Positions 26,430-36,966 of a stretch of DNA of 64,000 nt are shown here, piece after piece. The notes under the pieces are model-generated. The model had not been told where the DNA came from, made no database searches, and was given only the letters and a program-made list of their open reading frames with translations. A program made the translations under genes and the position numbers. The DNA lies in NCBI GenBank assembly GCA_964187785.1, contig OZ076413.1, positions 74,214,001-74,278,000 on the forward strand. Direction: 5' to 3'. Within the stretch, counting starts at the first letter, position 1. Each line of letters opens with the position of its first letter. The stretch comes from Amphiscolops sp. MND2022 (taxonomy: Eukaryota).

Positions 26430-26866
26430 TGTTGCGGCGCAATACGAATATGCCGGAATTAAAACAAACAAATAAGAAAGCCATATAGCTCAGTCGGTTA
26501 GAGCATTGTGCTGATAACATGACAGCCGAGGGTTCGATTCCGCGACAAATTCATGAATATTTCCAAAAAAACTTGTATTTTTACCACTAAATATCTCTAA
26601 ATAACCTTGAAAATATTACATGAAAGGTCTTGCTAGCCGTTGTCTAATATTGTTTATCATTGTTTAATGTTGTTTATACATATTTATTAATTATTATTGC
26701 TATTTTGCATGCCGAAGGCATAATTTTGAGCATTGTTCAATAGACATTTGCCTCGAATTTGCCACGATTTAAAGCTGATATCGACGTTATCAAAAAATAC
26801 ATTATTTGGATCTTTTCCTTTCTACAAAATTGACGAACCTTAGAAACCGAATTCTAAAGTTCTACA
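26430..26866 (+). repeat. Pao-1 5' LTR (437 bp)
   Basis: TGTTGCGG...AGTTCTACA, followed by the PBS. First ~197 bp repeated at 34783 and, inverted, at 35064-35262. Confidence 0.85.
26480..26551 (+). ncRNA. tRNA-Ile(GAT)-derived cassette in the Pao-1 5' LTR
   Basis: GCCATA-TAGCTCAGTCGGTTAGAGC (A box/D arm), TGTG-CTGATAA-CATG (anticodon GAT), GGTTCGATTCC (B box). The 3' acceptor strand is lost. Confidence 0.8.
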
Positions 26867-26881
26867 TGGTGGCCATAGAGA
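26867..26881 (+). promoter_or_regulatory. Pao-1 PBS (TGGTGGCCATAGAGA), complementary to the tRNA-Ile 3' end
   Basis: Directly after the LTR terminal CA. Matches the 3' end of the tRNA copy at 34977-35049. Confidence 0.88.
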
Positions 26882-27798
26882 CACTTGTCTCAACTTGTCT
26901 AAAAAAAACGTAACTCATTCCGCTACTGTGAAATATTGAGTAAGTTACATACGGCTGATGGAAGAGGCTTGAAATTAAAATTTATTTTGGCTTCCGTGCA
27001 AAGTTGAAGTTTCACAAATAACATGCTTCCAGTCAAACATTACAAGTGTTTAAGAATCGATTCTTTCTATATTTATCTTTTTCATGGCGGGTTCCTCCCA
27101 ATCAGCAGACATTAATTAGCTAGTCTGTGTACTTTGTCATTCAGTTACAAACTTTGTGGAAGCTTCGAGCTCCAGTCTCAGCGACACATCGAGTTGTTCC
27201 TACACGCGAAGCGGGGATTCCAATCCAAAAGACAATTCAGGAGAGGCTCGAAAAGGTGCGTCCCCAGAAAGTGCATTTCCAAGTCAAATAGGAAGGTGCG
27301 GTGGAGGTCATTCAAACAGCGCAGTGGAACCCCCGCGTCGATGAGCGACACGTAACCCAGCAGAGGCTAATTCCTGACCTTCTGGAAGACAACCTCAATA
27401 CATCGTGACGGTGCTCACACCTCAACACTGGAAGCTGGCCCCTTACCCCTGCCCCGAATTGGAAACGAACCCAGCCAGAGCCCGAAGCCCGGAAAAAAAC
27501 CCCAGAAAGTAGAGGTATTTTTGATATCAAAACAATTTAAAACTCTTCTAAACTTGTTTTCTAAAGTATGTGCTTCTTTTGTTCTTTGCTTTCGTTCATA
27601 ATGTGTGCTGCGTTTGGGTAGCAAGACCTTGAAAAAAAACAAGTAGATTTTGAAAAATGCCGTAATATACCATGAAAAAACGTGATTCACGAAGAAGTCA
27701 CCTAATTTGTTGTGTAGAATAAGGTGAAATATCGTGAATTTTTGTGAACTACTGCAAAAAACAAGGAAAGTTTTCAAAAACAAACAGCAAAAAGCTGA

Positions 27799-28401
27799 AT
27801 GGTTCTCATATTGGCTGCTACTTCGTTGCACCATGCAATAGAAACCCTTATCCCCGAAGATAAAAACGCTCTAAAAGAAAAAGTTCATTCCATACAGGGC
27901 CTGAGTTTGAACATTAACGCCAAAAATCCTCGAAAAATTGTACAAAACCTGAATGAAAAAGATTTCATTGACGAAAAAGAACTGATAATTTGGCACGACG
28001 TCATTAATAACAGTATCTGTAAACATAAAAGCAACTTTTACCGTGCCTTATCAGTAATTGACCTAGTAAATGTTCTGAAATCTTATCAAGACAGAATCAG
28101 GGCTCTTGTGTACTGCCAACGGAACCGAACGCCTGACATTTTCTAGCAAATGAAAGAGACAAACATTCTTGTATTGAACATTGAAAAAGATTCTACCTCG
28201 CTGCGTAAGTAAAAAGATCCCGAATATTTGCAATATTTGAAGGCGTTGCACCAGAGTCCTGATCTGGAATTGAAACATCCAAATCTAATTTTGAAGCTTG
28301 AAAACGATCTCTACCAAATTACCGCCCGCAGTCGCCCCAAACGTCATTCTAAACGCGCCCGTAAGGCGATAAAAACCCAGTCATTTGCTGCTGATAACTG
28401 A
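27799..28401 (+). pseudogene. Pao-1 ORF0: ~200-aa SGNH-like protein with basic tail; two in-frame stops
   Basis: Reading through stops gives ILAATSLHHA, SIQGLSL, IIWHDVINNS, ALHQSPDLELK, SRPKRHSKRARKA. Colinear with Pao-2 ORF0. Confidence 0.7.
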
Positions 28402-28635
28402 CTTCCATCTTCATCTCTGTGTTGTAGCCGCGTCCGGACTTCATTGACTGGTTGACGCTGCAACCAATAAAAGTTTCTTTTCTGTGTTGTGTCCGAGCTT
28501 CACTGCTCGGTTGATTCACAGAAAGAACCCCCTCCCGTAAAAAAGCAGCAGTGCATCCGTCCTTTTAATCATCTGTACGACGTGCAGATCATCGTAATCG
28601 TCCCCTTTTAACCCGAACAAAAAAACAGAAGAATT

Positions 28636-31600
28636 ATGACTGACTTGCAAGAAAAAGTCCAGAAACTGCACGATAGCCGATTGAAGGCGCAAACCGAACT
28701 AAACAGCTTGCAACAGAAGATCTCTGATTCCATCGCCAACGCAGACAGACGAGTAAAAGTTGAACGTCTCGTGAAAGAAGCTGAAGATGCGATGACGAGA
28801 GCATTCAGCAAAAACGAACAAATTTTTGCGCTTGCATCAAGAACTACTAATGCTGAGGCACTCAAAGCGGACTTAGAACAGTGGTTGAAAGAGGTCACTG
28901 AGCAGAACGACGAAATTTTGAGAAAAGCCTGTGAATATATTGATGCTTGTCCCGCAGCTGATGAAAAGTGACACTCTTCTGTCGGCACTGTTAACGAAAA
29001 GGTTTCGAAAAGATCTTCGACATCAACGAAATCGAAAACATCCAGTCAGAAACAGAAAGAACTTATTTTAGCAATGCAACGTCGTGAAGAATTGGAACGA
29101 CAGAGTGAAAACGCGCTACGTTTAGCAAAACAAAGACATGAGTTCGCACGGAAACGCTTAGAGGAGGAACAGGCACTCCAATTAGAAGAGATGGCCGAAG
29201 AAAACAGACGCAAACTTGCGGAAGCAAAGAGTACCGAACTGGAGCTAACTGAGAACCTTTCGGAAGCCCCTTATGAATTCCACGAAACACTGTCTCGCAT
29301 TAGCAAACACAGTAGACTAACCGCATCCCAGAGAGTGTCCGACTGGGTCAATGATGTTAATTCGGAACCGCCACAGCCCGTAACTACTGAGGCCAACGTG
29401 GTAGCCGAATCTTCAAATCCGCCAGTTGCTTCAACAACACCAACAAGAGAAGTTGTTCAAAGCGGCCATCCTAACCAACTCGCAGCGCTTGCATCTGGAC
29501 TGAACACTTTCCCGCCCGAACAACAGCTCAACGTTGCCGCTGTCAACATCCACAACCGTGCCCCACCCCGCATCTCAGACCCCAAAATTGCCTTCGCAAA
29601 CACAACAGCCTGTTATTCCGATTACAACACAGCCCCTGCTCACCATACCATCCAGCCATGCTGTCCCTAACTTGTCTGCTTGGACATTCCCGGCTGGAAA
29701 CAGCCTTCCAATAACACAATATACTGCCCCGCCATCAACTGGAGGACAATTTACTTTTTCAGGCACAATTGCAGCACCGATCGTGACTACCGCTGGAAGT
29801 TCGGTTCCAGTTGTTCCAGTCCGAAGTGGAGGAACCACTTATTACTGCAACCCTCAAGCCGTTACGGTTCCTACAGTGACCGGACCGACAATACAACCCG
29901 CAACAACACTGATACCGGCTCCAACTCTTCAAAGTTTCCAACCTCCGACACCAACGACAGTGACTATACACGACCTGGCTCAACTTTTGTCCGCTGCGAA
30001 AAAAGACCATCTTCCTGAGTGGAAACTGGCGCAATATAACGGAGATCCACTGCAATGGCACGAGTGGATAGGCCAGTTTAGGAGTGCCACTGACACCGCA
30101 CCACTTTCGAATGATGTGAAGCTGACGTATCTGAAAACACTCGTGACGGGCAAAGCGAAGACAGCAATTGCGGAGTTTGCATACTGTGGGACTATGTACC
30201 AAGATGCACTGAAGACGCTAGAGCGGAAATTTGGGCAACCACAGGCAGTTGTGTCTGCTCATCTTGACAAACTGAATAACTTCCCGCCATTAAAAATGCA
30301 TAACAACGATAATGTGATCGCATTTTCTGCAACAATTTCCGCTATGGTTGGCGTGTTCCGCTCACTAAAATACGAACACGACTTTTCAAGTGCAGCCTTA
30401 TTGGGTCAAGCTGTGCAGAAACTTCCTCCTAACATGAAGTAGTTGCCGAAAACAAACTTTGCTTCTCGTGTTTGAAAGGAAGCCACTCTTTCCGTCAATG
30501 TCCGCAACCTCGCAAGTGCAATAAGGATGATTGCTCCAGTTCTCATAATACTCTGCTACACGGTGCTGAACGAGTCTTCCAACCAAGAACCAATCCGAAA
30601 ACGTCACGAAACCAAGTAACTAGTTCTCGTAGCTCCACAACACCAAACAGCCAAACTGGTGAAAGTTCCGGCGTGTGCTCGGTAACCGACATGAAAGGAC
30701 TTCTCCAAATCACGGAAGTTGGGGTACATAACGGAAGCAATTCCACAAAGGTATTAGCTTTGTGTGACTCTGCTTGCAGTCACTCGTGGATTTCTGAAAA
30801 ACTTGCAACAAAGCTAAACCTGAAAGGTTTACCAACCAAGTTAACAGTCCATGGGATAAACTCACAACAGGTTGTTGACACTGAGATAGTTGAGCTCAAG
30901 TTGACGTCCGTTCATTAGGGTGGCTCTTGCTCTGCTTTCAATGTCAAACCTTATGTGAGAAGGACTTTGCACGTTGGAAATGATGTCATCGATGTAGACT
31001 ATCTGAAAACAATCTACCCTCACTTGGAGCCCATTGCTCTAGAGACATACAGTTCAGTTACAGAGATGTCAAAATGATACTAGGTCAAGACGTGTTCCCT
31101 TCAATCCGCCCGTTGGAGTATTTTGAATCCGACGGAAAAAAATCTCCAATTGCCGTTCGAATACCGTTGTGTTGGGTTTTGAGTGGGCCATTGCCTTCGA
31201 CTTCAGGTCTCGTTTCGACGTGCTTCAAAGCTGTGATCCAAAGTGAGAGCGACTCCCAGTTGGCCGATCAACTTCGGAGTTGGTACGAAACGGAATCCTT
31301 TGCAGCGAAGAAACAAGTCGACCCTCGCTCAGCTGCCGATGCTAGAGCGTCGAAAATTTTGCTTGCAAGACACGACATATCATGACGAATGCCGATATCA
31401 AGTCGGTATGTTGTGGGCTGATGACGACAGTAGTCTTCCGAACAACTACTTCTCAGCACTAGTGCAACTGAAATCCCTTGAACGCCGACTCGAATGTACT
31501 CCCGATCTGAGAGCAAGTTACGCTCAGACGATAAAAGACGACTTCGACAAGGGATACATCGTTAAGGTCGACAAGTACGATTGTTTCAAAGTTGACAACC

Positions 31601-34600
31601 CTCGTGAGTGGTACCTACCGCACCACCCAGTGTTACACCCACACAAGCCTGGGAAAGTGTACTCAATGGCGCAGCCAAATTCCACGGTGTTTTACTGAAC
31701 AACGCTCTACTTACCGGTCCAGATTTGTTGCAAACATTGATTTACGTGCTAATGCGCTTCCGACAACAACCGTACGCTGTCTCCGCTGACATAGAAGGAA
31801 TGTTTTTGCAAGTTGGCGTGATTCCCCAAGACCGACCGTTCCTTCGTTTTCTGTGGCGGGAGGACCCAGCAACAGACGTCGCTGTGTACCAGTACGTGCG
31901 CCACATTTTCGGTTCAAAGGATTCACCGACTTGTGCCAACTATGCGCTTCAACGAACAGCACGTGATAACCGCAAAAAGTTCCCGGAAGCCGCGAAAAGT
32001 GTCGAAAACAATTTTTACATGGACGATTATCTTGAATCGAGCGCGACTATTGACGAAGCAACCAAGAAAGCTCAAGACCTTGTGAAATTGTTATCGAAAG
32101 GCGGCTTCACGTTAACGAAGGTTGTCAGTAACGTTCCCAACTTATCTAGCCGCCTCGACCCGAAAATTGAACTTGGTACCAAAACCGATGAGAAACTCTT
32201 GGCAGCCGAAGACGAAAATTCTCATGTCTTAGGCTTGAAATGGAACCACCGGTTTGACACATTAGTTGTCAGCCGCGGAACCAATCCCGACCTGAACCGA
32301 CCTGTAACACAACGTGTTGTTTTGAGCCTGGTCTCGGCAGTTTACGACCCGATTGGTCTTGTTGCGCCGTACACTGTAACAGCCCGACTTTTATTGAAGG
32401 ATATTTGGCGCCTGAGCGGGCAACAATGGGACAATAACCTGCCAGACGAAATCTGTAGAAACTTCCTTGATTGGGCCGAAAAACTTCCCACTCTGGGCGA
32501 AATAAAAATTCCACGTTGTTACTTCCAAGGCAACACCGAATCTGTTGAGTTGCACATATTCGGCGACGGCTCTCAAAATGCATTCTCTGCAGTTGCCTAT
32601 CTCCGTGCGAAGGTGAGCAGCAGCAAAGGTATGACAACCGAACTAGCCTTTGTATTCGGGAAAGCTCGCGTCGCTCCAATGAAAGCACTCACGATACCGA
32701 AGTTGGAACTTCAAGCAGCGCTTCTCACAGCCCGATTGAAAGATGACGTTAAAAAAGGACTCACCCTCACTGTCGAGCGAACGTTAATGTGGACAGACAG
32801 CACCACTGTACAACAATGGCGTCACTCCATTGACAAACAACCCGTGTTCGTAGCCAATAGAGTTGCCGAGATACTTGAGCTGACGACAGTTGATGAATGG
32901 AACCACGTACCAACAATTGACAATCCGGCCGACGCAGGCACCCGTGGCCTGTCAGCAAAAGCTCTTTTAGAGAGCACATGGCTGAAAGGTCCCGACTTCT
33001 TGAGAACTTCTGATTGGTCCTTCAAACCATCAGACGAAATTATGCAGAAATTGAAGAAAAATTGAAGAAACTTGACCCCGACAATGTACTTACTGAACCC
33101 AATTACCAAGAAACGACAGCAAATACTGCGAATGTAGTCTTCAATGCCCTTACTCTTGAGTGACAAAAGTACACCTCTTACGAGAAACTTTTGCGCATTT
33201 TGGCCTACATTTTGCGTCTTTTGCCGAAATTCTCTGGTAACCGAACAGAAACAGGGTCCATAACGGATCCTACCGAACTTGAATTTGCTGATCAGAAACT
33301 TTTCTACTTGATACAATCGGAATCCTTCTCGAGCGAGAAGAAAGCTTTGCTGAAATGTTTGCCGATTAGTAAACCGTCAGTAATAAAAGATTTTACTTCC
33401 TTCATCGGTCCAAACGGTCTTCTCCGCGCACAAGGTCGAACAAAACAACTCGAAGTTGCCAGTTTTGACATCAAACATCCCATCTTGCTTGACAGTCGCC
33501 ACCCTGCAGTTCGATTATTCCTTGAGCATCTACATGAGAAACACTGCCATCAAGGTGTAGAGTACCTGAGAGCCTTGATACAACAGAAGTATGCCATTGT
33601 CAAATTGAGAACTGCCCTGCGAACGATACATACCAGATGCGTAATTTGTCGCAAACGCAAAGCGTAACCTTTGACACTGATTTTTGCTGATTTGCCAAAA
33701 GAACGCTTTGCTTTTGCATCGCCACCGTTCACGAACACTGGAGTAGACTACTTTGGTCCCTTCTACGTTTCAGTTAAATGCTCCACAGAGAAGCGGTGGG
33801 GATTTCTCTTCACATGTTTGACTACCCGCGCTATCCATTTCGAATTTGTGCCGTCAATGGACACTAGTAGTTGCGTCATGGGAATTGAGAGATTTGTTTC
33901 CCGTCGGGGAAACCCTTCCGTTATCTGGTCGGATAACGGAACTAATTTTGTTGCGACTGAGAAAAAACTCCTTCAGAACGTTCTCAACTGGAATGAACAA
34001 GCAATTACTGAGTCCCTGGTCAAGAAAGGTATCAAATGGAAAATCCTCCTAGCGCCCGACACCATGGCGGTGTTTGGGAAAGTCTAGTTAGAAGTTTTAT
34101 ACACACCTTCTATGCGATACTTGGCAACAGACGTTTGACAGACGAAATCCTAACAACTGTTTTCTGTCTCGTAGAACAGAGCCTCAACGCTCGCCCGCTG
34201 GTTCCAGCAAGTGCAGATGCAACTGACTTGGATGCGTTAACGCCCAACCACTTCTTGCTTGGAACAGCTGGCTCATCGCTACCGTCCCATTCTAACTGTG
34301 ATTTCGATCACCGCAAGCGATATGCACGCGCCCAAGCCTATTCTGACGCTATCTGGAACAGGTGGCTGAAAGAATACGTGCCAACTTTGAATCGTCGCTC
34401 AAAGTAGTCCTCACAGTCTGACAGGCAATTGAGAACAGGAAACTTTGTATGGATCGTTGAAGACACTAGCCCGAGAGGTTACTACCCTCTCGCACGAGTT
34501 CTGAAGCTCAATTTCGGCAGTAATGGCGTACCCCGCTATGCTGAAGTTAAGACCACGTCCGGAAACCTCGTACATCCGGTCGTGAAACTAGCCCCAGTCC

Positions 34601-34632
34601 TTCCTTCCCACACTCTTACTGATGAATTGTAA
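28636..34632 (+). pseudogene. Pao-1 gag-pol polyprotein, fragmented, with a deletion at ~30440
   Basis: Coiled-coil N-terminus, LPEWKLAQYNGDPLQWHEW (DUF1759-like), DSA protease, YMDD, RNase H/peptidase A17 region, HHCC and DDE integrase. Confidence 0.92.
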
Positions 34633-34832
34633 CCCGTAACACTTGTACCTTTGCCATATAACCACATGTATCTCTATGACTCATGTATCATGTACTAGTC
34701 GTGCCAAATCGGAAAAAAAAATAAAACATGAAAAACGTTTTTTTTTGTTGTTCCGACCGATCATCTTCTTGGGCCCGGAGGATGTTGCGGCGCAATACGA
34801 ATATGCCGGAATTAAAACAAACAAATAAGAAA

Positions 34833-34904
34833 GCCATATAGCTCAGTCGGTTAGAGCATTGTGCTGATAACATGACAGCCGAGGGTTCGATTCCGCGACA
34901 AGTT
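34833..34904 (+). ncRNA. tRNA-Ile(GAT)-derived cassette in the Pao-1 3' LTR arm
   Basis: Near-identical to 26480-26551. Confidence 0.8.
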
Positions 34905-34976
34905 CATGAATATTTCCAAAAAACTTGTATTTTTACCAATAAATATCTCTAAAAATCCTAGAAAATATTACATGAA

Positions 34977-35049
34977 AGCCATAGAGAGGCCCAAACTCTC
35001 GACCCTCGCGTTATCAGCACGATGTTCTAACCGACTCAGCTAGACGGCC
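34977..35049 (-). tRNA. Full-length, slightly degenerate tRNA-Ile(GAT) copy
   Basis: GGCCGTC TA GCTG AGTCGGTTA GAAC A TCGTG CTGATAA CGCGA GGGTC GAGAG TTTGGGC CTCTC TATGGCT. Anticodon and T stems pair fully; D stem and T loop are mutated. Confidence 0.75.
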
Positions 35050-35140
35050 TCCGCCCGTTGGAGCTTTCCTGCAATACTTTTAAGGTTATTTAGAGATATT
35101 TATTGTTAAAAATACAGGTTTTTTCGGAAATATTCATGAA

Positions 35141-35212
35141 TTTGTCGCGGAATCGAACCCTCGGCTGTCATGTTATCAGCACAATGCTCTAACCGACTGA
35201 GCTATATATGGC
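35141..35212 (-). ncRNA. tRNA-Ile(GAT)-derived cassette in the inverted LTR arm
   Basis: Reverse complement of the LTR cassette, with a 2-nt TA insertion. Confidence 0.78.
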
Positions 35213-36490
35213 TTTCTTATTTGTTTGTTTTAATTCCGGCATATTCGTTTTGCGCCGCAACATAGAACATAGGCAGGACCATTTGGTGCGACCACGAAAA
35301 TAGTTTCCACCCATACTTGTTTTTCACAAATGCATTCCTGTAGTACTCGCTTCCTCAAATTCTTCATTCCATGCGTTTTTGTCAGACTCACAGTTTAACC
35401 TCCACGTTCCATCATCTATCGCCACTAACTTAACGTTCCAATGAATTTTCTGTGTTTGCGTTTCTTAACGTTATTTATTGCTGTCGGTTGAACCTCCACC
35501 GTTCCAATCACTAGATATGATTCGTGTTGGTTATTATGTTCTCCGTTCTACTCCTCAACCTCGTAAAGTACGCTCTAGAACAATTGACATCAAACCATTC
35601 TTCTTTTTCAAAACACAAAATTTTTTCCTTTTAAATTTGAAGCCTACCCTTTACACACATTTCCACTCCTTCGAGAACATTAAATTCCTATCTGTATTAC
35701 ATTCGATACAAAACTTTAGACACAAATTCATCTCGGACACTTTTTCAATTCATTTTCAATCATGTCTCAGGAACCAGTACAGGAACTTACTATAAAACAC
35801 TTCACCCACAACCCACAACATTAAGCATTAACAAAATAGGTTGTAATCCTCAACGATAAAGACAAACCGATCGATTACATTGAAAATTTAGATTCACCTG
35901 TTTGTCGACCTTGTCGTCTGGAAAATCCAAACGAAAACCATGAATATTTCGAAGTATAAAACAGATGCTAAAAGAACAAGACGCAACAATCCCCCTTTTT
36001 GATTACAACAAGCTATGTTACAAATAACAAAATTTCATTTACAATTTCGTCCAAAATATTACAATTAATGACAACATTTTACAACGAATCAAAGTCTTCT
36101 TTCAATTTCTCCGATTCAAATATCCGTTATAATGGCAAGAACAAGATCAATCAGCATAGACTAATTTTTGTAAAGCTCTCGACAACACCGTACTTTTATC
36201 TCTTATCATGAAAAGTCTAAACATTCTAAACATCCACGTTGTAGAATGCCTTTAGAACTACATGTTCAAAGGTTTTCTGTACAGACTTTTCAGGAAAATT
36301 TTAATCCGGATTTTCTAGCGAAAGTATGTTTTTCAATTGTGGGCTTCTTCAACAAGTATTTTAGCTGACCAAGGCTCAGTCAATCGAAACTCTCCATCAC
36401 CCAAAGTTCTCTAGCAGGAAAGCGTGTCATCGTCACGTTAATTTAGGTGTCTGGGGAATGTTCGGTGTTGGTTAAACACGGTAATATATC

Positions 36491-36812
36491 TGTAATTCTT
36501 TAGAGAAACTAAAGCTTGTATTGTCAATCAAAATTAAAATAACAATGAAAGTTGAGGAAAATTATTATTATTAACCGCCAAGTCAAAACTTGATCACACA
36601 AACATTAAAAATGACTCATTTTATGATATGAATAGCAAGGCCTTTTCTAGAGTATTTTTACCGAAATCAGAGAATTATTTCCAAAATATAAAATATTTTA
36701 CATGTCCGGGAATCGAACCCACGCCGGTCAAATACCGGCATTGTATTCTACCGCCAAGCCAACTTGTCTTAATATTTGTTTGTTTTAAATTAACGATATT
36801 GCTACCGCAACA
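36491..36812 (-). repeat. Pao-2 3' LTR
   Basis: TGTTGCGG...GAATTACA on the minus strand. Confidence 0.95.
36703..36770 (-). ncRNA. tRNA-like Pol III cassette in the Pao-2 3' LTR
   Basis: TGGCTTGGCGG (A box-like), GCCGG-TATTTGA-CCGGC hairpin, GGTTCGATTCC (B box). Confidence 0.65.
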
Positions 36813-36966
36813 TCCTCCGGGCCCAAGAAGATGAATGTTTTATAGTGCAAAAAAAAATTTTTTTAAAGAATGTTTTGTGAAACATGTTTTTACATGAAAA
36901 TTAATTTTTTCATACATGTTGATACGTGAAGCATAAATGAAGGAAGTGGAAGAAACAGAACATTGT

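Larger units (their letters stand above)
26430..34976 (+). mobile_element. Pao-1: Bel/Pao LTR retrotransposon with a rearranged 3' end
   Basis: 5' LTR 26430-26866, PBS, DUF1759-like gag, LCDSACSHSWI protease, FYMDD RT, LHIFGDGS RNase H, GVDYFGP integrase, PPT GGGCCCGGAGGA, then 3' LTR from 34783. No TSD recovered. Confidence 0.93.
34783..35262. repeat. Fold-back structure: partial LTR (+), full tRNA-Ile (-), partial LTR (-)
   Basis: Arm 34783-~34978 and arm 35064-35262 are reverse complements. Both stop at the same LTR point (GAAAG). Confidence 0.9.

Noticed and set aside
26480-35212. Bacterial or organellar contamination as the source of tRNA-Ile(GAT)
   Set aside because: The copies are embedded in eukaryotic LTRs and match the elements' PBS; there is no rRNA operon or bacterial gene nearby.
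36290-36485. LKYLLKKPTIEKH resembling a 3'-5' exonuclease segment
   Set aside because: Too short, surrounded by stops, and no catalytic motifs.
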